Below the pieces are notes generated by a model. That model did not search any database, was not told the DNA's origin, and saw only the letters and a list, made by a program, of their open reading frames with translations. Shown here in pieces: positions 37,051 through 48,499 of a stretch of DNA of 64,000 nt. Within the stretch, counting starts at the first letter, position 1. Each line of letters begins with the position of its first letter. The position numbers and the translations under genes are program-made. The stretch is from Podarcis muralis (taxonomy: Eukaryota): assembly GCF_964188315.1 (NCBI RefSeq), contig NC_135668.1:33976001-34040000 (forward strand), given 5' to 3'.

Positions 37051-37152
37051 TTATTCTGTACTGAAGTCCTCATGTCCGGTTTTCAATCTCTCAGGGAGAG
37101 GTGTGTGTGTGCTTCTTTCAGTGGTCATGTCAGCCGTAATCTTCCATAACTC
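37051..37152 (-). CDS. METTL22: METTL22 last coding exon, ELWKITADMTTERSTHTPLPERLKTGHEDFSTE*
   Basis: cttaacag|GAG TTA TGG AAG ATT matches human ELWKII. The first in-frame stop is TAA at 37053-37051. Confidence 0.9.
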   Translation of the reverse strand, partial: ELWKITADMTTERSTHTPLPERLKTGHEDFSTE

Positions 37153-38483
37153 CTGTTAAGCAGAGAAGAGATATTGAAAATCGATGAACTGCCATGGGGA
37201 GTATGGTAATCAAAACAGAGCATTTCAATTTTAAATTCTAAAGTAACAGTATTCCTTCTTTACACTTATAGCTTGGGACTGCATTACTAATGCATCAACT
37301 GTCTTAACAGAGAAGCTTCCATTAAATTAGGAGTTATTTTAAGGGCATTATGCATTTTGAGTTAAAGCAAGAAGAGCTTAATCTACCTAATGCTACAAGA
37401 TGAAGTTTAGACGCTCAGTACAGCCACGGCTGTATTTGCCACCGATACACATTCTTTGCTCTTACAAAGAAGATATAACTCAGTAGATGCAAAATAAAAA
37501 AATAAATGTCTAATTTCTCATCTGGCTTAGCAGGCAGCATGAAGGACTGGGACTAGTCCAGCCATTCAGGCTCAGTCATAGTTTGTGCACCTAAGAAAAG
37601 CTGTGCAGTTGGATCAGACCAAAGGTCATTTTAATTCTATGTTCTGTTATTACAGTGGCTATTCAGATGCCTACAGGTAGGCCATGAGTAGGCCAAGAGA
37701 GGAACAACACTCTCTTACTCATGATCCCCAGAAACTGGCATTCAGAAGCATATTGCCTCTAACAAAGTAAATCACTCTGACATGGTAAATCATCTTTATC
37801 TGAGTGAAGACACAGGTGACATTTTAAAAGTGTCAGAGGTAGGATAACAGCAGCTCTCGTGCTCGGAAAACACATACTCTTCTCCCCAACAGTGAGCTCT
37901 GGAAACAACAGCTCTTGCAGGTTTTTAGAGTGGTTCAGTCTGAACAGGGAAAAGATGACCTACTGGCTAGTGCTTGTGGCAACCTTACAAGTACCACCAC
38001 CTTGTCCCCAGTAAATTTTGCAACTGGTTTTTTTTTAGATGTTGCACACGTCTTTTGCAGTAAGGTGATAGATTAATGCATATATGTGCAAATAAATGAT
38101 TGTGCCCTTTGAAACCTGCAAATTTGGACTAACACAAGTGTGAAGAATCTAATGTGATTCTGCTTCTTTCTTAGATATATTTTTATGCATCCATTCAATT
38201 ATGTTCCCAAGGCAGTTTACAAGAAACAATAAAACAACTGAATTCATATCTTAAAACGCCATGCCTGTTTTCACCACTCATCATCCATTCCTCAGCTGTT
38301 TGCAAAGAAAACTAGCAGCCTTGGAAAATAAAGTGATGTGTACAACTTACTGCTGGTTACTCTTCTACGTTCGGTCAGAGAACCGCAAGATAATGTCAAT
38401 TCTTTTTGACTTTGTCTCATTAATACAATTAAACTGAAAACTGCTCAAAGTTTTAGAACGTTTGTCAGACAAACAGTACCCAC

Positions 38484-38652
38484 CAACTGCTCAACCCGCT
38501 CATAAATAATATGTTGAGGAAAGGAGAGTTGGACAGGCTGAACAGTATATCTCATTTTGCCATCTCTGATATTTTCTAGATCATTCAAGGTGCTTCGAAA
38601 GTAATTGTATGCTTCACATACAACATCCATGTGTCTTAAGGTGAAGTTGAGC
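38484..38652 (-). CDS. METTL22: METTL22 exon 10, (R)LNFTLRHMDVVCEAYNYFRSTLNDLENIRDGKMRYTVQPVQLSFPQHIIYERVEQL
   Basis: 169 nt, tttgcag|G...TTG|gtgggt; seen in ORF 38445..38699. Confidence 0.97.
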
Positions 38653-39598
38653 CTGCAAAAAGATACATCCATTAAAGACTGAACTTTTAAAAACTGCACA
38701 GATTTTAATTAACTTTTGCATCATGCTTCCTGAGATCAAGGTGAAGGCTTTCATCCGCATTTGGATATAAACAGATGCCGCTTTGAATCAAGATGGTGGG
38801 CTGAACCTTTCAAGATTGCATTGATGTTTTGGTTTCTCAAAATCCCCCAACAGTACTAGGTACAAGGCTGGTAGTACAATATAAATGCCAAGTATTATCA
38901 GCTTCAGCTCTTCAAGGTCCCTGCTTTAATCAGATATGCCTCCCCAGTGTAGCTATTGTAGTTCAAGTTTAGGCAATCCTGACCAGCACTGCCTCTCCAG
39001 CCGAGTTCTCTCTCATCCTATTCTTCTCACTCCCAGAGATCTTTCAACTGAAGATAAAGACAATGGTACCCAACAAAGCTATAGGTTCTCTTAGGCTGTA
39101 ACTGAAGTGGATTCACTTAGGATCAGTTTAGGGCTGTTCATCTACCAATCACTAACCAACAGCATGAGTGCCTGCTTTGGCAGGTCAAGAATAGACTCCC
39201 AAAGGTAAGCACAAAAGCGACGCCTGTCTGTCTAGGAAGGTTCTCAGTATCTAGCAAGTGGTTTTCAACAGATCTTCAGTATTCTGCAGCCTTGTAGATG
39301 TGCTGTAATTTCCGCCACAGAGGATCTAGCTGAAGGAGATCCAAACTACCTGACAGCCACTTAAATGCTTATTTGGTGACCATGACTGTTTGCTGCATCC
39401 TCTTAAGAAGAGTTTCCTCTTACGAATGCAGTCATCTATATAACTATTTAAAAATATCTAAATAACTTCATGCTGGAAACCTTTTTGAGAAACAATAAGA
39501 CTGCCCACTTCCAAGCTGAAAAACGTTTCTAGCATTAGCAACAATCAAAACAAATTGATCATATTGTATTTTCCAATTAAGAGTTAAAAGCATGTCAC

Positions 39599-39701
39599 CT
39601 CTTTTCTATAGACAAGTAGATGGTGGAGGGGTTTTTCAAGTTGCCAGTGATTCGATACAGCGTTTTGAAAAAGGCATCTGTTAGATCATCGTCATAAAAT
39701 G
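39599..39701 (-). CDS. METTL22: METTL22 exon 9, (A)FYDDDLTDAFFKTLYRITGNLKNPSTIYLSIEK(R)
   Basis: 103 nt, attgcag|CA...AG|gtgaca. Completes the DxxY motif (D-A-F-Y). Confidence 0.96.
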
Positions 39702-40744
39702 CTGCAATAAAAAAGGGTTAGGATCATCTGGATTTTGACTTCACATATGAGACATTCACTTCTATCTTAAAAGTTGATTTTTAAAAATATTTTGTTATCC
39801 ATCTCAAGACTTCAGAAAAGAATGGCTATAGTCTTAATTACTAGGGGCACAGCAGTGTTTCGTTTTGTTAACATCCATTAGGAAGGGAAATAGCCAGGAC
39901 ATGGAATCTTGCAAATGTGAGTGCAGTTGGGGATGAAATAGCTAAATCTTTGACTTTTGGTCCTCTAAAATTGGCATATGACACTACTGTATCTGGCATA
40001 GCTTCCATCTGCAAATATGGTCATATTCTGAAGTACTGCATTCTATCATTCACTGGGGTCCTATAGGAACATAAGAAGTTAGGAACATAGGAAGCTGACA
40101 TATGGAATCAGACCATTGGTCCATATAGCTCAGTACTGTCTACACTGACTGAAAGCAGGTTTCTGGGGTTTTAGATAAGAGGATGTTCTCAGCCTTATCT
40201 GGAGAGGGTGGATTGAACCTGGGATGTAAAGTAGATGCAAAGCAGATGCTCTACCACTAAGCCACAGCCCTTCCCCTTTCTATTATGCATGACCCCCCCC
40301 CCCCATTTAATACAAGGAAAGGCGTAAGTTCCTCCACAGCTCCTACTTATTTCAAGGGGGCATGTTCAGGGAAAGCCAGTGGTGCCCCATGCCGTTTAAA
40401 AGCAATTTCCATTACAGAAAAATACAAATCCTCTGAACTGTGATGTGATTTTTCTAGGCCTTGTGTCAAGTTTACCATGTTAAATTCAGGGTAATGTTCC
40501 TTCCCGTCCCCCACTTCAATTGCCACGTCAAGAAATGTTTCTCCAGATGCAGCTGATGTGCATATTTTACAATGGGCTAGGTGAGCCGAGTCAATTTCCT
40601 CATTCAATGTCTATGGCCATAATGTGTCTTACTGCACTCTTGAAACAACGATCAGAAAAGATTTGCTGAAAGTACGCAATACACACAAAACAGGGGCTTT
40701 AACGACCACTATGAATCCTTGACTCTCCAGTTCTGTTTGCTTAC

Positions 40745-40825
40745 CATCAGCAGCTAGGATCACAGTGGTGAAATCATGAAGCTCTGCAATCTCTTCTTCA
40801 GACCAGCTGTAGGGATGATCAGGAT
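40745..40825 (-). CDS. METTL22: METTL22 exon 8, (D)PDHPYSWSEEEIAELHDFTTVILAAD
   Basis: 81 nt, gctgtag|AT...G|gtaagc. Human counterpart is DPKVPFSWSQEEISDLYDHTTILFAAE. Confidence 0.95.
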
Positions 40826-41718
40826 CTACAGCAAAATATGCAAATTGATTTGATTATAAAGGAGACTATAATTTTCTAGACACTGTACAGAAAGTTTAAA
40901 GAAGGAAGCAGGTCTTCCCAAAGGAACCCACAGTGGCAAACAACAAGCAATAAAACAATAAAAGCATGTTGAAAATAATTCCGATAAAGTTGCAGACTAG
41001 GAGAGATATGCTGGAAGGGGACAGTCTTCAGTAGGTACTGAAAAGACAACAGAAATTGTGCATGCCTAGTATTTAAAGGGAGGAAATTCTGAAGGGGAGA
41101 TAACACAACACTAAAGGCTCGATTTCTATATTGTGTGGAACGGACATCCTGATAAGATGATACTTGCAGACGACCTCAGCTGCAGAGCACAATGATCAAC
41201 TAGGGGTGAGACAATTTTCAGGTATTCTTGTTCCAAGTTTTATAGAGCTTTACATAACAAACCCAGCAACCCAAGTGCTGTGTATATTTCCTTTTTGCCA
41301 CTGATCTAAAAATTGCTTGGAGAACTGGATCAGGCTCCCAAACTGTGGGTAAGGAACCCCTGATAATGCAAGCAATCCTCAGACTTGACAAAAAGGATAC
41401 CCATGGTTCCATATAACATGTAAAACAAGAATGGCTCTGTGGGTGGTCTCTTTTAAAGGGTTAACCACTTGACCCCCCCTGAAGTCTGGCTCTCCACTTC
41501 TCTAACTTCTTATTGTTAGAGAAAGAATTTGGATTACTCAGTGGCTGGGAAATGTACCGGTACTTTGCACATACTCAGAAACAAACTCATTTACTCACCT
41601 ATTTCAAAGCTATGCCATGGGTTTAAATTGTTATTTGGCTGTAAGTGAAAACAGTAACTCAACAGATTAGAGATAGAGCATAAAATCAAGCTTTTAAGAA
41701 GTTGATGCATCTACTTAC

Positions 41719-41772
41719 CAATACAGAACTCATCTTTAAGCCAGTCCAGCACTCTGACCTTAATCTTAGTTC
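41719..41772 (-). CDS. METTL22: METTL22 exon 7, (G)TKIKVRVLDWLKDEFCI
   Basis: 54 nt, cttccag|GA...G|gtaagt. Conserved LDWLKD. Confidence 0.95.
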
Positions 41773-42144
41773 CTGGAAGTCAGTAAGATGATAAGAAAAT
41801 AAGTGGGTGGCAAAGGCTCTTTAGAAGACAGGTTAAAGCCCTTAAAGTGTCATAATAAGAGGAAGACTGTAAATTGCTATAATTGATAATAGTGAACAAG
41901 GAGAGGCTTATGCCCCCACCTCACTTTACCCGCCTTCCCCCAAATTAGTCTTGTTAATGATTCCTTGTTCCTTCCCATGATGTATTTATAAAATGTAATT
42001 CAGAGCAATCTTAACCTCTGCATTTGCTGGCTAGAGATGGTTAGGACTATGCAAAGGCTTGCTCTGCTGATGGGGGTATATCCAATGTGGAGGCCCTCAG
42101 AAAGCTCTGCAGGCATAAATTCACTGGCGGTTACAGGGAGGAAG

Positions 42145-42145
<1 letters not shown>

Positions 42146-42183
<38 letters not shown>
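42146..42183. repeat. (CA)19 microsatellite
   Basis: Read directly. Confidence 0.95.
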
Positions 42184-42184
<1 letters not shown>

Positions 42185-42831
42185 CCTAGATCCAGCCCCT
42201 TCATTCATCAGTGAGACCCAAGGATGGGAACCCATATCCACACAAGGTTAGAGCTGGTGTAGCTCCTCCTCCTTCCCACTGGGACCAATCGGGGGTGGGG
42301 GGTTGAAAATAGAAGATCTGCATGGAGCAGAAAACAAGGTAAGTCCACACCTCCCACCAAGGCTGGGCCTGGAAAGTGGTGGATTGTCCTCACTGCCCCC
42401 ACAACCCACTGAAACTGTGCTCTTAGCCACCTTTCTAGAAGCAGCACCCTAAGGCAATGGACAACACAGAAATCATTACGACGTATAAAGAAGCCAAAAG
42501 CACTGTATTAAATAATTCTAATAACAATTAAAATATTATTCCTTAAATGTGGAGGGATCTTTTATAAGCAGACTTGAAATTGGTCTATTTTTTTACTCCA
42601 CTATGCTCAATGGAACTTACTCTTTAGTTAAGTGTGTTTAGGATTGCAGGCATAGGCTTGTAGGGCAGAGGTGGCTGAAGGAAATGTTCAGAACAGAAGC
42701 CACTTTTTGACATGTAAATATTTCATGTGGCCGTCTGGACAGTATTTTGGATTTGAATGATATTTTATCCAACTAGAAACCCGCCCCCCAAATCCATTAA
42801 ACAATAATAATATACAAGCAGTCTTTTTTAC

Positions 42832-42903
42832 CTGCTGGCTCAGTAAGGTGCTTGTTTAATGTAATATTTCGTTCACACATTTCCAGGAGATCTTCACCAA
42901 TAT
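42832..42903 (-). CDS. METTL22: METTL22 exon 6, (D)IGEDLLEMCERNITLNKHLTEPA
   Basis: 72 nt, ttttaaag|AT...G|gtaaaa. Human counterpart is DVGADLLSMCQRNIALNSHL. Confidence 0.95.
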
Positions 42904-43129
42904 CTTTAAAATATTTGAGAAGCAAATGTTAGTAATAATTTGAGAAGAAATGAAAAAAACAAACAAGAGAGGGGGGAAAACAAGCATAGAAAAAACAGGG
43001 CAGGTACGTCTCTTTTCTCAAACATCATCTGCTTTCAACAACTCAGCTTGACTTACTGCTCTTTCAAGCTTTCTGATAAAAATAAAAGCAACATCACGAA
43101 CATCAAAGATAACTGTCCTAAATAGATAC

Positions 43130-43274
43130 CTGTGCAATAAATGGCCTTGGCCGCCTTTGCCATGATGATACTGACAATTCCGGTGCCGCCCCCAAGCTCC
43201 AGCACTGTGCAGTCCTTAAACAAATCTTGCTTGGAGAGGATGTAGTCTGCAAGTAAGAAGGCTCCTCGCCAGAC
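43130..43274 (-). CDS. METTL22: METTL22 exon 5, VWRGAFLLADYILSKQDLFKDCTVLELGGGTGIVSIIMAKAAKAIYCT; SAM-binding motif I
   Basis: 145 nt, cttgaag|GTC...G|gtatct. VLELGxGTG is motif I of the seven-beta-strand (MTF16) lysine methyltransferases. Confidence 0.97.
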
Positions 43275-43359
43275 CTTCAAGACAGGAGGCAAAAGGGAGC
43301 ACAGTCTGGTACATGAGGATCAAGGGAGCAAGAGAAGGGCTGGCAATGTAGCTACCCAC

Positions 43360-43400
43360 CTGTTTGCCAACATCTTCTAAAGGGGTTGCCATAGCGTGCT
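43360..43400 (-). CDS. METTL22: METTL22 exon 4, (E)HAMATPLEDVGKQ
   Basis: 41 nt, ttttacag|AG...CAG|gtgggt. Human counterpart is EHTMATPLEDVGKQ. Confidence 0.96.
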
Positions 43401-44223
43401 CTGTAAAAGAAAGAACATGAAAAGGGGCCCATTTTTCCATGTTACACGTACAGTAAATTTAGGGAGGATAAGGCAATCAATGGCTACTATATTCTAATAT
43501 ATTCTATATTCAGCAATGACTATATTCTACCTCAACTGTCAGAGGAAACATGCCCCTGGATGCTAGTTTTTGGGATACTGCAAGTGAGGAGAGTGCTTTT
43601 GTCCTTGAGTTCTGCATATGGGTTTCCCACAGGCTTCTGGCTGGCCACTGAGAATAGGATGCTGGACTAGATAGCCCAATGGGCTGATTTAGCAGGCTCT
43701 TCTTTGTTGTTACATTTGCCCTTAAACTTTTCCATTAAAAAGACAAAGCAGAAAAGAACAAGATATAGTCTGTTGCCTTAGGGCACATTTGTGAAGGGAC
43801 ACTTATGAAATGTATATCCCGCTTTTCCTCCAAGGAGCTCAAGGCAGTACACATGCCCCTCCTCTATCCTCACAACCCTGTGAGGTAGATTTGGCTGAAA
43901 GAAAATGGTTGGCCCAACGTTGCCAAGTCAGCTTTATAAGCAAGTCTGGGTTTGTGCCTGATCTCTCCCCAGTTCTAGCTCAACAGTCTAACAAGCTCAC
44001 CAAACTAGCTGGCATAGGGAAATTCCTGAGACTGATTGGCTTGCCATTAGTGCATATAATTTCAATCCAAAAGGTGTACCGGTAAAAGGTTTTATGTGCA
44101 GATGTAGAGGGAGGAATAAAGTATATAAACTGGCTCTCTATGCTCACATCTCAATGAGTACTTCTGGATCATGTTATGAAATGCAAATTATTTTATGCCA
44201 CACCCATATACTACATTACTGAC

Positions 44224-44589
44224 CTATTTTAATAATATCATAGCAATTGTTTTCTTGCTCTTGTTCTTCCAAGACTTCTCCACCTTTCATCAAAATGATG
44301 GGGCACACTTTGTCCCTTGAAAGGTCTTCAGCTTCTGCATCAAGTAACGGAGGCTTCCGGACAACCTCCAAATCCCCATCTTTGTCTAACAAAGCTTGAA
44401 TTCCTTTCAAAGAGTTCTCTTCCTTGTTAGTGCTTTTCAGAGTAACGTGGTCATCAGCAGGATCCTCCACATTGAATCCCTCTCCACATTTGTCTTGGTG
44501 TTTAAGGTTTTCTTTTTCAAAGCCACTCACTTCCCTCTCAGTCTTCTGATTGCTCTTGTCCAAAATGAATTTGAACTGTGAGAGAAACA
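44224..44589 (-). CDS. METTL22: METTL22 exon 3, VFLSQFK...LDKDGDLEVVRKP...RDKVCPIIL...YDIIKI
   Basis: 366 nt, ctcttag|TG...G|gtcagt, phase 1 at both ends. Conserved blocks VFLSQFK, LDxDGDLxVVR and DII. Confidence 0.95.
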
Positions 44590-45568
44590 CTAAGAGGCAA
44601 CAATCTGAAGTCAAACACTGTGATCAAAGCCCAGTCAATCTTCAAAACCATAACAAAGAATGTGGGAATATCACCATCGCTTTCCTTACTCTCTAAATAG
44701 ATTTCCCCGACATTTGCCCATTCGTAAGTCACACATATGATCTCCTGTTTGGGAGTCCTTCCTGGTGTGTCTGAATTTTGTATTATGACTGTTGGTTTGG
44801 CCTCTTGATACTTGTTTTTACTGAACCTGATAAACATTCCTGAAGTACCCTAACCTCACATTATCTGCACTTACACTGTCAAGTGCCTGCTGTACTTAGT
44901 AATGTCTTAGTTCCCCAGCTGGTCTTCTCCAAAAACCTGCTCAGCCAGGATTTATGGGATGGAGGAAGAGTGGTGGGCATTTGCCTCCAAGCAGCAAGTC
45001 CCCAGTGAGGCTGCCAGAAAGTCCTATCGCCACATTTAATGCTTCTTCCACACCATTTACTAGCATCTGCATGTGCCAGAGTTGGCCCTGGAGCCCTCAG
45101 TCGTCAATCCTGATATGAACCCAATAGGAAACGATTGTGGCATCTCCACAATATAGCACTTGGCACACACAAGTTCAGCCTTGATTAGGGTCAAATAACT
45201 TGCTTCTGGAAACCTCCCCTGCCCCTTTCCTTTCCACTACCCAGGAAGTAGGTACTGCTACATCTGGCAAGCTCCACCCGCTATCCATGGCACTGTCTAC
45301 TGCAAAGGATAGAAATTCCTGCTAAACACAGGATATGCTTAGTTGCAATTTTAACAACCAAAGAGCCTCAATGTAAATGGAGAGATTCCACCAAAGAGGA
45401 TGGTGGTGAGACCTGTCAAGGAGGTGGTAAGCTTTGCTATTGATCAGCTAACACTTTTAGTGTAGTAACTTCTTTAAAACACACACACACAGCTGTTGAA
45501 GAAAGCTCTCAGTGGGGATTATGATAATTGTGTGCAAGTAACAGTAACAACCACCAGAGGCACATTAC

Positions 45569-45722
45569 CTGGCTGTCCGACAGCATTCAGCCTGACCATT
45601 AAATGCCTCTTGCTTGGGATGTGTAGGTGGACATCAGATAGGACAGTGTCACTTCGGAAGGTGATGTCATCCATCACCTCTCTCTCCCCTGCACCTTGTA
45701 TGGTGCACTGCTGAAGGGACAT
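45569..45722 (-). CDS. METTL22: METTL22 exon 2, MSLQQCTIQGAGEREV-MDDITFRSDTVLSDVHLHIPSKRHLMVRLNAVGQP
   Basis: 154 nt, attatag|ATG...G|gtaatg. Matches human MDEVTFRSDTVLSDVHLYTPNHRHLMVRLNSVGQP. The conserved Met is at 45674. Confidence 0.94.
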
Positions 45723-45875
45723 CTATAATTATAAGACATAAAGCTCTATTAGTATGTTAATTATAGTTACAGAATTGTATACAAAACCTAGCACCTCCTG
45801 CCAGCTTGGTATTACTATTCACTATATTTCGGCACACCTCCTCAGGCACTGCTCCCCACCCCACCCTTTCTTTAA

Positions 45876-45909
45876 GCTGCTGCTGCTGCTTCTTCTTCTT
45901 CTTCTTCTT

Positions 45910-45938
<29 letters not shown>
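45876..45938. repeat. Compound trinucleotide repeat (GCT)5(TCT)16 in METTL22 intron 1
   Basis: Read directly. Confidence 0.95.
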
Positions 45939-45941
<3 letters not shown>

Positions 45942-46589
45942 ACATTAGCCATTTGTTACACATAGGTCCCCAGGTGACTTACAGCATATCTAAGAACATA
46001 ATTTAATAAAAATATATAATACAATTGACGCATTCACACAAACACATGATTCTCAACAAGTAAACAAACTACTACCATCCCACCAACAACAGCCATAGAA
46101 AGCTTGGGTATCACACTTAGAGCAAAATACAATCCTAACCTCCTTTGCCTCCTCCACATATGAATGCCAACTATTGAAACTGGATGAATCTCTCAATGGC
46201 AGAGATATGCAGCAACAGAGAACATTTCTCCTGTTCAACATTGGTAGGAAAAGGGGCACTTTCCAAAAAGAAGTGACCAGCCTATGCCTCTCTTACAGGA
46301 TGTGCTCTGCACCCAGATTCTCAGCTCAGTGCTTATTCTGCCTTCAAGCATCTCTGCCTCTTGGATTCGATTCCCCCACAGCCTCTTGCCCCCCTGTCCC
46401 ACTCCACCCCAACATATAGATCTTCTGCAATGCTCCCACAGCTCTGCCAAACTAGCCTTTCAATTCCCCCTCAACACCACCACTGCTGATATTCTGCAAC
46501 TCATTCTTCCCCCTCAGCAATTGGAATGCTTATGGAAATTTCATCACACCACAGCAGTTCAACCAGTGTGGAAAGGAAGGCTAGCAAAA

Positions 46590-46910
46590 GCCAGCCTTCT
46601 TCACACAGCACATAGTTAAACTATGGAACTCGCTCCCACAGGAGACAGCGATGGCTACCAATTTGAATGGCTTTGAAAGAGAATTGGACAAATTCATGGA
46701 GAAGGGGGATGAGGCCATCAGGGGCAATGGCTATAATGATTCTGAATATTAATTATTGGAAACTACAGGAGTGGGGAGTGCTCTTGTGCTCAGGTTCTGC
46801 TTGGTGGTTTCCCACAGGCATCTGGGTGACCACTGTGAGAACAGGATGCTGGACTCAATGGGCCACTGGCCTGATCCAGCGGGCTCTTATTACATTCTTA
46901 ATGTTCAATA
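46590..46910 (+). mobile_element. CR1-type LINE 3' end, second family (representative copy)
   Basis: CTTCTTCACACAGCACATAGTTAAACTATGGAACTC...GTGAGAACAGGATGCTGGACT...GGCCTGATCCAGC. Other copies: about 10015-10290(-), 13000-13170(-), 26800-27003(+), 30020-30225(-), 34755-34965(-), 37590-37760(-), 43530-43710(+), 50285-50600(+), 56745-57075(+), 57670-57905(-). Confidence 0.75.
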
Positions 46911-46929
46911 TTCATTTCTGATGCAGTGC

Positions 46930-47059
46930 TGTGGATAGCTCAGTCGGTAGAGCATGGGACTCTAAATCTGAGGGTCATGGATTAAAGCCCCACATTGGGC
47001 AAAAGATTCTAGATGATCCTCGTGGTCTCTTCCAACGGTACAATTCTATGCTTCTATGA
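46930..47059 (+). mobile_element. SINE with a tRNA-Lys-like head and a CR1-derived tail
   Basis: GATAGCTCAGTCGGTAGAGCATGGGACTCT...GCCCCACATTGGGC; tail CTAGATGATCCTCGTGGTCTCTTCCAAC...ATTCTATG. Confidence 0.75.
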
Positions 47060-47854
47060 AATAGTACGTACATTTAATCTGCATCAATATGTGGTGGCTT
47101 GTGGGGAGATGATCACGTCTGACTAAGGTTAACATTGCTCTTCCCTGGCCCAGTTCCTTTATTTTCAACTTCTGCCTGATATGCAGAAGCAGGTGAAGCT
47201 GTTAGCAACAAGGAGGTCAGTGGTCAGAAATGCCCCAGTAATTAAAATTCTGTGTTAAGCCACTGATTTTTTTTTTAAGTCTGGCAACCTTCTACTTCCA
47301 AAATTATTGAGATGAGGTGCTGAATATTATTTTACTTTTCAGTAAGAATGTATACCATTCTTCTGTACATGCTCAAGGCTAAGTCACATTTTTTAGTGAA
47401 GTTCAGGAACTGTTGCTGAAAACATGATACTCCCCCCCCCCCCATATATATAAGGTATTTGAAATTCTGAAAACAAAACTGGTAGCCTCTCTTTTCACCC
47501 TAGAATGACAACAAAACTTCACCCAGGATTGCACCATATTTAATGAAAGGAGCACACTACCTATCTTTGTCCCCCCCCCCATTTATGACTAATTCATATG
47601 CTGTCTTTCACTGGATTTGTTATTTTTAAAAATCTTTTATTTAAATTAAGAGTAAAAACAAGGATTTATAGCATATGAAGTAGTCATAAATAGAAAAAAA
47701 TCAAAACCCACATTATACAAAGATTAATATTTCACATTCCTATAAACTAGGCTTATTTTAAGGGCTATATACATTGGTGGTGGGGGACTTCTGGAGGGCA
47801 CCAGGTTGGCTATCCTAGCACCATGTGTAGCAAAGTGAATTTAAATGGTTAGGC

Positions 47855-47941
47855 AGTGGAAGACAGGAGTGCCTGGTGTGCTCTGGTCCATGGGGTCACG
47901 AAGAGTCGAACACGACTAAATGACTAAACAACAACAATATA
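47855..47941 (+). mobile_element. BovB (RTE) LINE 3' tail
   Basis: GTCCATGGGGTCACGAAGAGTCGAACACGACTAAATGACTAAACAACAACAA matches the BovB terminus. 14-bp TSD with one mismatch (TTAAATGGTTAGGC / TTAAATGGCTAGGC). Confidence 0.85.
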
Positions 47942-48499
47942 TTAAATGGCTAGGCTATATATTTTTGGACAATGTTCAACCCAGTATATAAGAACTAACA
48001 AAACAGATTAACAGTGTACTCTTAATCATGTCAACCCAGAAGTAAGTCCTATTGAATTCAATGGGTTTTATTTTCAGGTATGTAGAGTTAGGCTTGCAGC
48101 CTGATTCTTTAAAGCAAGCTGTTTCAGCTTTTGCCTTCGTCAGCCAGAAGCCAACACGTTTTGCTATAAAGATTTAATCTCTGTTAGTAACTGTTAATGA
48201 TTTCAGTGATCAATTTGTTTGAAGTGCAGCACGAAGTTTTAAAAACAGTCTCTTTCACTCCCTCTTTCAGACAGCCAAAATGACTTTTATTTGTTTTGTT
48301 CCATAATAATGTTACGCCCAGAATTCCCCCGCCTCCCCATTATAATACTCCTTCCCTTCTAAGTTTAAAACACCTATGCACAGAAGGCAAGCGGGAAGCA
48401 TTCCACTCTGCACATGCACAGAAGAACTCCCATTTCTACTTCTCGGCATTCTGCCAGTTGTTAAAACAAGCTAAGTAGGCAACAAACGGCAGCCGTTTC

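Noticed and set aside
40347-40607. 86-aa ORF in METTL22 intron 8 as a cassette exon or small gene
   Set aside because: No recognisable homology. The nearest acceptor gives an immediate stop in the METTL22 frame, and the donor is weak.
45754-46006. Poly-Leu, poly-Lys and poly-Phe ORFs, and similar ORFs at 1546-1854
   Set aside because: Translation artefacts of microsatellites.
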